Source: an archaeon (GTDB lineage: Archaea > Iainarchaeota > Iainarchaeia > Iainarchaeales > 1-14-0-10-31-34). Taken from it: a stretch of DNA of 64,000 nucleotides. Location: contig JAJRVL010000011.1 in assembly GCA_024277355.1 (NCBI GenBank), positions 34,155 through 98,154 on the forward strand, in the 5' to 3' direction. A program made the position numbers and the translations under genes. The notes beneath the pieces were generated by a model, which did not search any database, was not told where the DNA came from, and worked only from the letters and a program-made list of their open reading frames with translations. Shown here piece after piece: positions 39,235-48,703 of the stretch. Each line of letters opens with the position of its first letter. Position 1 is the first letter of the stretch.

Positions 39235-40404
39235 CTATTGCAATCTTTGCTTTAAATCAGCTAAAACATTAGCATAATTCAAAAAAGATTCATAAGGAGA
39301 ATCATAAGGATTGAAATATTTATGCACGTCTCCGTCAGCAAACCATTTAGTGCACATATAATAAAAATGATCTGAAATCTGCAGTTTTCTCCAGTCCTGA
39401 ATTAACTTTGGGTTTCTTGAAGCTAAAATTTTTTCTTCTAAAGATTTAATTTCGTTAAATGCCTGCTGCTGCATTTGATTTTCAAGCCATGCAGATAAAT
39501 CTCTGTCAACATCAGCCCAAGAAGAAATATAAGGAACATCAAATTCTCCTACAACAGGAAAATCATTAATTATTTCTGAAGCAGTAGCAAACTCTAATTT
39601 TTTTGTTTTAAACATTTCTTTTGGAAGATGCTTTAAAAAATTAAATATTCCTGTTGACTCCCATTGATGTTCACCAAAAGTTTCATAATCCATAAATAAA
39701 TTAATGCAATGCCCTTTGTTTTGTGAAAGCCATAAAGCATATTTATCAGCAGTTAAAGGCCATTCATTCCAGTCTCTTGAAGAAAAACGAAAAGCAATAT
39801 CATCTGAAAGCTTGTAATTTCTTAACAAAACTTTAATATTTGAATTTTTAGCTTTGTAAACATAATTAGGGGAACGCCAACCTAAAACAGAAGTTAAACC
39901 TTCAGATACAATTCCTTTAAAATTCATTTCTTCTGCTGCTTTAGCTATTTCATTTGAATACATTGCTTCAGTGTTACGGAAAATTTTTGGTTTAACTCTA
40001 AAAACTTTCTTGAATTTCTTTGAATGCATTTTAACTTGTTTTACAAATTCTTTTTGTGAAACTAAATAAGCTAAAGAATGATAATAAGTTTCATCAAATA
40101 ATTCAACGTTCCCGGAATCAACTAATTTCTGAAATGATTCAACTACTTCAGGAAAATGTTCTTCTAATTGATCTAAAAAAACTCCTGTAATGCTGAAACA
40201 AAATTTAAATTTGTCTCCGTGTTTTTCAATTAAATCCAGTAAAATTTTGTTTGTTGGGAGATAACATTTATTTGAAACTCTTTCTAAATAAAATTTATTT
40301 GCCAAATCATCAAAATAATTATTGTTTTTTCCTATGTCAAACAAAGAATAATTCCTTAAACGCAAAGGCTGATGAACATGAAAATAAAGACAAACTGCAG
40401 GCAT
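39235..40404 (-). CDS. glycoside hydrolase family 57 (alpha-glucan-active) enzyme
   Basis: 389 aa. N-terminal LYFHVHQPLRL is typical of GH57. Confidence 0.65.
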   Translation of the reverse strand: MPAVCLYFHVHQPLRLRNYSLFDIGKNNNYFDDLANKFYLERVSNKCYLPTNKILLDLIEKHGDKFKFCFSITGVFLDQLEEHFPEVVESFQKLVDSGNVELFDETYYHSLAYLVSQKEFVKQVKMHSKKFKKVFRVKPKIFRNTEAMYSNEIAKAAEEMNFKGIVSEGLTSVLGWRSPNYVYKAKNSNIKVLLRNYKLSDDIAFRFSSRDWNEWPLTADKYALWLSQNKGHCINLFMDYETFGEHQWESTGIFNFLKHLPKEMFKTKKLEFATASEIINDFPVVGEFDVPYISSWADVDRDLSAWLENQMQQQAFNEIKSLEEKILASRNPKLIQDWRKLQISDHFYYMCTKWFADGDVHKYFNPYDSPYESFLNYANVLADLKQRLQ

Positions 40405-41654
40405 TAAACAACCTCTTTGTAAATTTCAAGGCATTGATCTGCAACAGAACCCCAACTAAAAGACTGAAGTTCAGTAAAAGCATTATGTTTTAGTTCATGC
40501 GAAAGAGAACCATGTTCTAATACCCCAATTATTTTATTTGTTAATTGATTTACATCCCAAAAATCAACTTTAAAGCAATGATTAATCACTTCACTTACTC
40601 CTGATTGTTTTGAAATAATCACAGGATTCTTAGAAGCCATTGCCTCTAATGCAGTCAAACCAAAAGGCTCTGAAACAGAAGGCATAACAAACAAATCTGC
40701 AATAGAATAAAATTGTTTTACATTGTCTTGAAAACCAGAAAAAGAAATTTTATCTGAAATGCCCATTGCAATAGCTTTATTGATTAAAGAAGAAAGCATG
40801 TCTCCGTCTCCAACAATAACAAAACGAGTATTAGGTTTAAATTGAAGAACTTGATATGCTGCTTCAAGAAACCAGTCAGGACCTTTTTGAATAGTTAATC
40901 TTCCTAAAAACAAAACAACTTTTTCATTTAAAGCAAAATTAGAATTATCCACGATATAACTTGATTTATCTATTCCATTGTATACTACTTGAATTTTTTG
41001 TTCAGGAATATTATATCTTTCAATTAACTGGTTTTTCATGTAATTGCTTATTGTAATTACTTTATCTGCTTCAATTAAGCCGTTTCTTTCAACTTTACAG
41101 ATTTTTTCATTAGGAAACTGATTTCCTGTCCTGTCAAATTCAGTTGAATGAATAGTAACAATTAAGGGCTTGTTTTTTGCTTTTTTTAATGCAATTCCTG
41201 CAGGAAAAGTCATCCAATCATGACAATGGATTACATCACAAGGTTTTGAAGTCATTTTTTTCACTGCAGAAACAGTATAACTTTTAACTTTAGAGAAAAA
41301 ATCCATTCCATAAGCATTAATGTTTTTTTCAGCTTCATGCCTTTCAAGATCACTTTTAACTTCCTCAGAATAAATAATGTTATTTGAAGGAGAATAAGGA
41401 TGAAAATCAAAGCCTTCAATTTCAATTAAATCTAAATGAGCATAATCTTCTGCCTGAACAACTTCAATAAAACCCGGATTAATTTTTACGCCAGTAGAAG
41501 GCATAACAAAAGTAACTTTAGTTCCTTTTTTAGATAAAGCTTTAGTAAAACCAAATAAATAAGTGCCTAAACCTCCAGATTTAAATGGAGGAAACTCCCA
41601 ACCAAGCATTAAAACATTCATATAATCAACCACTAACCTGCATGATTTTCTCAT
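40404..41654 (-). CDS. GT-B glycosyltransferase, archaeal/bacterial-type glycogen (starch) synthase-like (GT5/GT4)
   Basis: 416 aa. The likely start is the internal MNVLMLGWEFPPFKSGGLGT (K-x-GGL motif). C-terminal SEPFGLTALEAMASKNPVI. Confidence 0.6.
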   Translation of the reverse strand: MRKSCRLVVDYMNVLMLGWEFPPFKSGGLGTYLFGFTKALSKKGTKVTFVMPSTGVKINPGFIEVVQAEDYAHLDLIEIEGFDFHPYSPSNNIIYSEEVKSDLERHEAEKNINAYGMDFFSKVKSYTVSAVKKMTSKPCDVIHCHDWMTFPAGIALKKAKNKPLIVTIHSTEFDRTGNQFPNEKICKVERNGLIEADKVITISNYMKNQLIERYNIPEQKIQVVYNGIDKSSYIVDNSNFALNEKVVLFLGRLTIQKGPDWFLEAAYQVLQFKPNTRFVIVGDGDMLSSLINKAIAMGISDKISFSGFQDNVKQFYSIADLFVMPSVSEPFGLTALEAMASKNPVIISKQSGVSEVINHCFKVDFWDVNQLTNKIIGVLEHGSLSHELKHNAFTELQSFSWGSVADQCLEIYKEVV

Positions 41655-41775
41655 AATTGTGCAGTTGGGTTACTAAAAAAACACAAGTCAATACTGCAAG
41701 GTAATATATGGGCTTAAGTTAAATAAAAGAGTTTGTGTTTGGAAAAATTAACCAAAAAAATAAAACAAAAAAAGA

Positions 41776-41788
41776 TTTATACATAATT
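41776..41788 (+). promoter_or_regulatory. promoter-like TATA/BRE motif tttatacataatt ~45 bp upstream of the PfkB kinase gene
   Basis: One of >=10 copies of the TTTATACATAA(T/C) motif found upstream of gene starts in this window. Confidence 0.4.
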
Positions 41789-41831
41789 TTACACAAAAAC
41801 AATAAATACAATTACTTCGTATTCTTAAAGA

Positions 41832-42788
41832 ATGAAACCAAAAATTGCTTGTATTGGTTCTGCTACAGAAGACATTTTTGTTAAAACAGATGAATTTCAT
41901 TTCAGAAAAGACAAAACCCATAAAGGAACAGATTTATGCCTTAAATTAGGCAAAAAATTTGATATAGATGAAATTCACTTTGATTTTGGCGGAGGGGCAT
42001 TAAATACTTCTTTAGGATTTAAAAAAATGGGTTTTGACACAAATGTACTGGTTTCTTTAGGAAATGATTCAACTGCAAAAAAAATTGAAATAATTCTTAA
42101 AATGGAAAAAATTAATTTAATTAAAGTTCAGTCAGACAAAGAAACCGGTTTTTCAATTATATTCAGGAAACCTAAAGGAGACAGAACAATAATGACTTAC
42201 CGAGGAGCAAACAATAAATGGAATGAAAAAGAAGTTGAATGGAATAAACTAAAAAAAATGAACTGGATTTACCTTTGTTCATTTGGAACTAATATTAAGT
42301 TTTTAGAAAAAATTGCTTTTTTCTGCAAAAAACACAAAATCAAATTAGTCTTTAATCCTGGTTTATCTCAAAGAAAACTTAAATTAGACAAAATGAAAAA
42401 CATAGTAAAAAACTGTTATTCAATAATTTTGAATAAAGAAGAAATAACTGAATGGACAAAAAAAAGAAATGAAATGGATGCAATGAGAGAATTAAATGAA
42501 TTAGGAACAAAAATTATTGTGACAACAGACGGAAGAAAAGGAAGTTCTGCTTTTAATGGAAAAAAGTTTTTTAAACAAAAAGGATTTGATGTAAAAAGAG
42601 AAGATGTAACAGGAGCAGGAGATGCTTTTTCTGTTGGATTTATTGCAGGAATGGAAAAGAAAAAAAACATTAAAGACGCATTAAAAATTGGAACAGCTAA
42701 TGCCTGTTCAACTATAACTAAAATCGGCGCACACAACGGAATATTATCTTTTCCTAAATCAGAAGAATTTGTAAAAAAACATCAATGA
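41832..42788 (+). CDS. PfkB-family carbohydrate kinase
   Basis: 318 aa. C-terminal VTGAGDAFSVGFIAGM is the PfkB signature 2. N-terminal IGSATEDIFV. Confidence 0.7.
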   Translation: MKPKIACIGSATEDIFVKTDEFHFRKDKTHKGTDLCLKLGKKFDIDEIHFDFGGGALNTSLGFKKMGFDTNVLVSLGNDSTAKKIEIILKMEKINLIKVQSDKETGFSIIFRKPKGDRTIMTYRGANNKWNEKEVEWNKLKKMNWIYLCSFGTNIKFLEKIAFFCKKHKIKLVFNPGLSQRKLKLDKMKNIVKNCYSIILNKEEITEWTKKRNEMDAMRELNELGTKIIVTTDGRKGSSAFNGKKFFKQKGFDVKREDVTGAGDAFSVGFIAGMEKKKNIKDALKIGTANACSTITKIGAHNGILSFPKSEEFVKKHQ

Positions 42789-43072
42789 CGTTTTGGTTTT
42801 ATTGGATTTCGTATTCTGGAAATTGTTCTTTTTAATTTTAAGTTATATGCTTTGTGTTTTCTTTTTAAATAAATTTTATAATCAATTTTATTTAAATGTT
42901 TCTGAAACCATTGCTCTTTTGCAAAAGCTATTGAATGATTTTTGTTTTTTGCATTCCATCGGAATTCATTGAATTCTTTTTCAAACGCTTCTTTTGTAGG
43001 CCATGTTTTTTTGTCTGCCCCATATTTAAAAAAAGGTGCAAAAACTTTTTTTCCATTTAATTTAACATACAT
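42782..43072 (-). CDS. hypothetical basic protein
   Basis: 96 aa. No recognisable motifs. Confidence 0.3.
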   Translation of the reverse strand: MYVKLNGKKVFAPFFKYGADKKTWPTKEAFEKEFNEFRWNAKNKNHSIAFAKEQWFQKHLNKIDYKIYLKRKHKAYNLKLKRTISRIRNPIKPKRH

Positions 43073-43164
43073 TAAAATAAATTATTGACTTGAAAATTTA
43101 AATGTTTTTCGAATATCTTCCAGAAAAATTTAAATAGTAAAAGAATAATAGTATTAGTGATTAA

Positions 43165-43563
43165 ATGAAATTCTTTGAAGATTTAATTAAAAAACTAAAA
43201 AAAGAAACTAAATTTTTGTTTAACGGAATGAATACATATGAACTGCAGAGAACTAAAGGAAGCGAGTGTGCTGCAGTATTGTTAAGCGAAGTAAAACATT
43301 CTGATCATTATTTTTATTTGGATTCCAGTATTGCAATTAAAAGTTTATGCGAATTATCCGACCATTTACAGGAAATGGATGCAGAAACATTCAGTAAACA
43401 TGTAAATGAAGAAAAAAATGATTTTAGTGCGTGGGTTTCAAATACAATTGGCGACAAGACTTTAGGAAAAAAAATGAATGAATTAAAAGAACAGGATGAA
43501 ATTGCCAAAGCAGTTGAAATTAGAGTTAATTACATTAAAAGAAGAGCACAAAATAATTACTGA
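43165..43563 (+). CDS. hypothetical protein
   Basis: 132 aa. No recognisable motifs. Confidence 0.3.
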   Translation: MKFFEDLIKKLKKETKFLFNGMNTYELQRTKGSECAAVLLSEVKHSDHYFYLDSSIAIKSLCELSDHLQEMDAETFSKHVNEEKNDFSAWVSNTIGDKTLGKKMNELKEQDEIAKAVEIRVNYIKRRAQNNY

Positions 43564-43568
43564 TTTTT

Positions 43569-43841
43569 ATGCATTTAATGCTGAAAGAAAAAGAAATTCT
43601 TGTAAGTATTTTAGATGAACCAAAAACAATTGAAGAAATACAATTAAAAGTTTTTTTAAGTTTTGGAGAAACAAGAGAATTAATAAGAAAACTAATTAAA
43701 GAAAAAAAAATTTCAAGAGAAAAAAGTTTTCCTGTAAAATATTCAGTTAAAAAAGAATTAAGAAAAAGCATTAAAGAAATTAAAAGAAAACTTGACTGGA
43801 CTGAATTAGTTTCTGATGCGTGTTTTGTTTGTGATTACTAA
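43569..43841 (+). CDS. small winged-helix-like protein
   Basis: 90 aa. KTIEEIQLKVFLSFGETRELIRKLIKEKKI and C-terminal CFVCDY. Confidence 0.3.
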   Translation: MHLMLKEKEILVSILDEPKTIEEIQLKVFLSFGETRELIRKLIKEKKISREKSFPVKYSVKKELRKSIKEIKRKLDWTELVSDACFVCDY

Positions 43842-43968
43842 AAAGTGAATTCAATGACTGAAGAATTTGAAAACCAATTAAAAAAATTAGATGAAAGAAT
43901 TAAAAAAGACTTAAAAAAAGAAAAGTCAATTCCTTCCTGCATTAGATGCTGTAAATAAAAAAAATAGT

Positions 43969-46602
43969 TTACTTTTTTTCTTTTATTTTTGCCTGAGCTG
44001 CAGCTAATCTTGCAATTGGAACCCTAAAAGGCGAACAAGAAACATAACTTAAACCTAAAGAATGACAGAATTCAATTGAAGCAGGATCTCCTCCGTGTTC
44101 CCCGCAGATTCCTAACTTAATATTTTCTTTTGCTTTTTTTGCATGACCTACTGCAATTTCCATTAATTTTCCTACTCCTGAAATATCAACTGAAACAAAA
44201 GGAGAAACAGAAAAAATTTTTTCTTCAAAATATTTATTGAAAAATTTTCCTTCAACATCGTCTCTAGAAAAACCAAAAGTAGTCTGAGTTAAATCATTTG
44301 TTCCAAAAGAAAAAAAATCCGCATGCTCTGCAATTTCATCTGCAGTTAAAGCAGCTCTAGGTAATTCAATCATTGTCCCAATAGGAATATTATTTTCAGG
44401 AATTAAATCAGATAAAACTTTTTCTACTTTTTTTCTTGACAATTCAAGTTCTTTTGCTATTCCAACTAAAGGAATCATTATTTCAGGTTTAGGTGAAAGC
44501 CCTTTATTTTTCAAATTTAATGCAGCTTCAGCTATTGCTCTGGTTTGCATTTCAATTATTTCAGGATAAACTATTCCAATCCTGCATCCTCTAAAACCAA
44601 GCATTGGGTTAACTTCATGTAATTCTTTTATTTTAATTAATAAAGCTTTTTTTACTGCAATTTCTTCTAAAACGTCAGAGTTATTTAAATCTCTTTTTCT
44701 TTTTAATCGGTTTATTTCTCTTAATAATTTTTCTTTTGAAGGCAAAAATTCATGTAAAGGAGGATCAATTAAACGAATTGTAACAGGAAAGCCATCCATT
44801 GCCTCAAAAATTTCTTCAAAATCTTTTCTCTGCATTTTTTCTAATTCATCTAAATGTTTTTTTCTTTCATCAAAAGAAGAACTTAAAATCATTTTCTGAA
44901 CAATAGGAAGTCTTTTAGCGTCAAAAAACATGTGTTCAGTTCTGCATAAGCCGATTCCTTTAGCTCCTAATTCAACTGCTTTTTTTGCGTCTTTTGGAGT
45001 ATCAGCATTAGTTCTTACTCCTAAAGTTTTAATTTCATCACTCCATTCAAGAATAGTAGAAAAAAACTTATATGGTTCAGGTTCAATTAATTTAATTTCC
45101 CCTAAAAAAACTTTTCCTGTTGTACCGTCAATTGAAATAAAATCTCCTTGATTTAATTCAGTTCCCTCAACTTTAAGGGTTTTAGTTGAATAATCAATTT
45201 TTATTTCTTCGCATCCAACAACACAAGGTTTGCCCATTCCTCTTGCAACAACAGCAGCATGAGAAGTGTTTCCTCCTCTGCAAGTTAAAATTCCTTTTGA
45301 TGCAATCATTCCATGAATATCTTCAGGAGAAGTTTCATGTCTGACTAAAATTACGTTTCCTTTTTCGCTTTCTTTTTCAGCTGTATTTGCATCAAAAAAC
45401 ATTCTCCCTGATGCAGCCCCGGGAGAAGCATTTAACCCTAAAGCAATTTCATTTAATTTTTGTTTTGGGTCAATTCTTTTATGGAGCAGTTGATTTAAAT
45501 CTAAAGGATTAATTCTCAGTAAAGCTTCTTGTTTTGAAATTAGTTTTTCTTCAACTAATTCAACTGCAATTCTAACTGCTGCCTGACCGGTTCTTTTTCC
45601 GTTTCTGGTCTGCAGTAAAAATAATTTTTTGTCTTCAATAGTAAATTCAGTGTCCTGCATGTCTTTGTAGTGTTTTTCTAATTTTTCGCATACAGACTTA
45701 AATTCTTCAAAAACTTCAGGCATTACTTCATTTAATTCAGCAATTATTCTTGGAGTACGGATTCCTGCAACAACATCCTCGCCTTGAGCATTTAACAAAA
45801 ATTCTCCATATAATTTTTTTATTCCATTAGAAGGGTTTCTGGTAAAACACACTCCTGTCCCTGAAGTTTCGCCTAAATTTCCAAAAACCATTTCCTGAAT
45901 TACTACTCCAGTTCCCCATGAATCAGGAATTTTATTTAATTTACGATAAGTTATTGCTCGTTTATTATTCCATGAATTAAATACAGCCTTAACCGCTAAA
46001 ATTAATTGTTGTTTTGGTTCTTCAGGAAAAGTGTTTTTTGTTTCTTGTTCAACTAAATTTTTGTATTCTTTAATTATTTTTTTTAGTGATTCAGCAGTTA
46101 AATCACAGTCTTTTGTTGTTTCTGTATTTTGTTTTTCTTTTTCTAAGATTTCTTCAAATTTATCGTGTTCTAAATTTAATACAACATTAGAAAACATCTG
46201 AATAAATCTTCTGTAAGAATCTAATACAAATCTTTCATTTTTTGTTTTTTCAATCATTGATTTAATTGTTTTTTCATTTAATCCAAGATTTAATACTGTA
46301 TCCATCATTCCAGGCATTGAGGTTCTTGCACCACTTCTAACTGAAACTAATAAGGGGTTTTCTCCTGAAAACTGTTTTTTTGTTTGTTTTTCTAATTGCA
46401 TTAAAGAGTCATTTAATTCTTGTTCTAATCCTTCAGGGAAATCATTTGAATCAAAAAAATTAATACAAGCTTGAGTTGAAATCACAAAACCTTTAGGGAC
46501 AGGCAAACCTAATTTAGTCATTTCACATAAATTGCTTCCTTTTCCTCCTAAAAGGTTTTTCATTTCTTTGCTTCCTTCCTCAAAAAAATAAATATACTTC
46601 AA
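43969..46602 (-). CDS. ppdK: pyruvate, phosphate dikinase
   Basis: 877 aa. N-terminal LLGGKGSNLCEM, phospho-His domain GGNTSHAAVVARGMGKPCVVG, C-terminal PEP-utilising TIM barrel with CGE. Confidence 0.9.
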   Translation of the reverse strand: MKYIYFFEEGSKEMKNLLGGKGSNLCEMTKLGLPVPKGFVISTQACINFFDSNDFPEGLEQELNDSLMQLEKQTKKQFSGENPLLVSVRSGARTSMPGMMDTVLNLGLNEKTIKSMIEKTKNERFVLDSYRRFIQMFSNVVLNLEHDKFEEILEKEKQNTETTKDCDLTAESLKKIIKEYKNLVEQETKNTFPEEPKQQLILAVKAVFNSWNNKRAITYRKLNKIPDSWGTGVVIQEMVFGNLGETSGTGVCFTRNPSNGIKKLYGEFLLNAQGEDVVAGIRTPRIIAELNEVMPEVFEEFKSVCEKLEKHYKDMQDTEFTIEDKKLFLLQTRNGKRTGQAAVRIAVELVEEKLISKQEALLRINPLDLNQLLHKRIDPKQKLNEIALGLNASPGAASGRMFFDANTAEKESEKGNVILVRHETSPEDIHGMIASKGILTCRGGNTSHAAVVARGMGKPCVVGCEEIKIDYSTKTLKVEGTELNQGDFISIDGTTGKVFLGEIKLIEPEPYKFFSTILEWSDEIKTLGVRTNADTPKDAKKAVELGAKGIGLCRTEHMFFDAKRLPIVQKMILSSSFDERKKHLDELEKMQRKDFEEIFEAMDGFPVTIRLIDPPLHEFLPSKEKLLREINRLKRKRDLNNSDVLEEIAVKKALLIKIKELHEVNPMLGFRGCRIGIVYPEIIEMQTRAIAEAALNLKNKGLSPKPEIMIPLVGIAKELELSRKKVEKVLSDLIPENNIPIGTMIELPRAALTADEIAEHADFFSFGTNDLTQTTFGFSRDDVEGKFFNKYFEEKIFSVSPFVSVDISGVGKLMEIAVGHAKKAKENIKLGICGEHGGDPASIEFCHSLGLSYVSCSPFRVPIARLAAAQAKIKEKK

Positions 46603-46743
46603 TTCAAATCCCCCTTAAACAAAATCATGTAAAACTTCATAAAAAGTATGAAAACTTAGATAAAGAAAGCTTTTAAACCAAATGTTTAACTAAAAAAAGC
46701 AATTCATTTAAACTATTAAGAACTGAATATTACAGGAGATTAA

Positions 46744-47760
46744 ATGAAAAAAATAAGTATTTTAGGTTCAACCGGAAGCATCGGAACACAGACTTTAGAT
46801 GTAGTAAGACAGCATTCTGATGAATTCAAAGTTTTAGGGTTAGCTGCGTTTAATGAAATAGACAAAATAATTGAACAAATTAATGAATTTAAGCCGGAAA
46901 AAGTCTGTTTGTTTGATGAAAAATCAGCTGAAGAGTTAGCAAAAAAAACTGATGTTGAAGTTGTTTCAGGGATGCAGGGATTAAAAGAAATTGCAGTAAT
47001 AGAAGAAATTGAGCAGACAATTGTTTCAGTTGTAGGTGCAATAGGAATTGAGCCGACAATGCATGCAATAAAAAAAGGAAAAAATATTGCTTTAGCAAAT
47101 AAAGAAACTTTAGTTTCAGCAGGACAGCCAATAATGAAAGAAGTCAAAAAACAAGGAATTGTATTAATGCCAATTGATTCAGAGCATTCAGCTATATTTC
47201 AATGTTTGAATGGAGAGGAAAGAAAAAAAGTTTCAAAAGTTTTAATTACTTGTTCTGGCGGGCCGTTTAGAGGGAAAAAAATTTCTGATTTTTATAATGC
47301 AACTCCTGAACAGGCTTTAGGACATCCAACATGGAGTATGGGTTCAAAAATTACAATTGATTCTTCAACTTTAATGAATAAAGGCCTGGAAGTATTGGAA
47401 GCAAAATGGCTGTATGATTTAGAATTAGAAGAAATTGAAGTAGTAATTCATCCTCAAAGTTTAATTCATTCAATGGTTGAATTTACTGACGGGAGTATTA
47501 TGGCTCAAATTGGAACACACGATATGCGTACTCCCATCCAATATGCTTTAACTTATCCAAAAAGATTAACAAATGAATTTCCAAGATTAAATTTATTTGA
47601 AAACAATAATTTAACTTTTGAAAAACCTGATTACAAAAATTTTCCGTGTTTAGGTTTTGCTTTTGAAGCAGGAAAACAAAAAGGAACTTTAGCTTCAGCA
47701 ATGAATGCAGCAAATGAAATTGCTGTCTGGAGTTTTTTAGATAAAAAAATCAAGTACTGA
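46744..47760 (+). CDS. dxr: 1-deoxy-D-xylulose 5-phosphate reductoisomerase, interrupted by an in-frame TGA (C-terminal 41 codons continue to 47889)
   Basis: ILGSTGSIGTQTLDV NADPH motif. NAANEIAVWSFLDKKIKY*EIPEIIKQVMDLHK aligns across the stop with E. coli Dxr [32 protein letters not shown]. Confidence 0.75.
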   Translation: MKKISILGSTGSIGTQTLDVVRQHSDEFKVLGLAAFNEIDKIIEQINEFKPEKVCLFDEKSAEELAKKTDVEVVSGMQGLKEIAVIEEIEQTIVSVVGAIGIEPTMHAIKKGKNIALANKETLVSAGQPIMKEVKKQGIVLMPIDSEHSAIFQCLNGEERKKVSKVLITCSGGPFRGKKISDFYNATPEQALGHPTWSMGSKITIDSSTLMNKGLEVLEAKWLYDLELEEIEVVIHPQSLIHSMVEFTDGSIMAQIGTHDMRTPIQYALTYPKRLTNEFPRLNLFENNNLTFEKPDYKNFPCLGFAFEAGKQKGTLASAMNAANEIAVWSFLDKKIKY

Positions 47761-47998
47761 GAAATCCCGGAAATAATTAAACAAGTAATGGATTTACATA
47801 AAAATACTTTAAATCCTTCTTTAGAGGATTCACTTGAAGCAGATAAAAAAGCAAGAGAAACAGCAAAAAAAATAATAGAAGAAAAATGAGAAAAAATGAA
47901 AAAACAGCAGAGTATTCAGTTATTCAGTAATTGATAATTTAATAAACAAAACAAAAAGAAATTTAAGCATTAAAAGAGTTTAATTACAAAGTGATGAA

Positions 47999-48688
47999 AT
48001 GAATTATGCAGTAATTTGTGCCGGCGGAAAAGGAATAAGAATGGACGCCGGAAAAAACAAAGTGTTCTTAAAAATTAAAGGCAAAGAAATAATTGCAAAA
48101 ACTATTTTAGTGTTTGAAAAAGCAAAAGAAATAAACGGAATAATTATTTCAATTGGAAAGAATGACATAAAAGAAATACAGGAAATAATTGAAAAAGAAA
48201 AATTTGAAAAAATTAAAGCAGTAATTGAAGGTGGAAAAGAAAGACAGGATTCCGTTTATAATGGAATAAAAAAATTACAGGAATTTGCAGAAAAAGATGA
48301 CGTGATTTTAATTCATAATGCAGCAAACCCTTTTGTAAAAGAAGAAACAATAAACAACTGCATTAAAGCAGCAAAAGAATTTGGAGCAAGTGTTGCAGCA
48401 CAAAAAGTAAAAGACACAATAAAAAAAGTTGATGAAGATTTATTAGTTAAAAAAACATTAAACCGAAAAGAATTATGGCAAATGCAGACTCCGCAGGCAA
48501 TAATTAACCACATTGCATTAAAAGCATTTGAAAAAGCTTATTCAGAAAACTTTTATGGAACAGATGACGTTCAGTTAGTTGAAAGAATTCATGGAAAAAT
48601 AAAAATAGTTGAATGTTCATATAAAAACATTAAAATTACAACAAAAGAAGATATAGAATTAGCAGAAAGAATTTTAGATGAAAACTGA
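47999..48688 (+). CDS. ispD: 2-C-methyl-D-erythritol 4-phosphate cytidylyltransferase
   Basis: 229 aa. N-terminal AVICAGGKGIRMDAGKNKVFLKIKGKEII matches the IspD P-loop (AAGxGxRM...K.FL). Confidence 0.75.
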   Translation: MNYAVICAGGKGIRMDAGKNKVFLKIKGKEIIAKTILVFEKAKEINGIIISIGKNDIKEIQEIIEKEKFEKIKAVIEGGKERQDSVYNGIKKLQEFAEKDDVILIHNAANPFVKEETINNCIKAAKEFGASVAAQKVKDTIKKVDEDLLVKKTLNRKELWQMQTPQAIINHIALKAFEKAYSENFYGTDDVQLVERIHGKIKIVECSYKNIKITTKEDIELAERILDEN

Positions 48689-48703
48689 TTAAAATGAAAA
48701 AAA

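Noticed and set aside
43855-43959. 34-aa ORF MTEEFENQLKKLDERIKKDLKKEKSIPSCIRCCK
   Set aside because: Too short, and it lacks a paired Cys motif for a zinc ribbon. It could be real but is unsupported.
47758-47760. Genome-wide TGA (or TAA) sense-codon reassignment as the explanation for the in-frame stops in dxr and the TadC-like gene
   Set aside because: TGA and TAA terminate many genes here at clear boundaries, including ATGA start/stop overlaps at 8458/8465, 9360/9363, 16817 and 22177.
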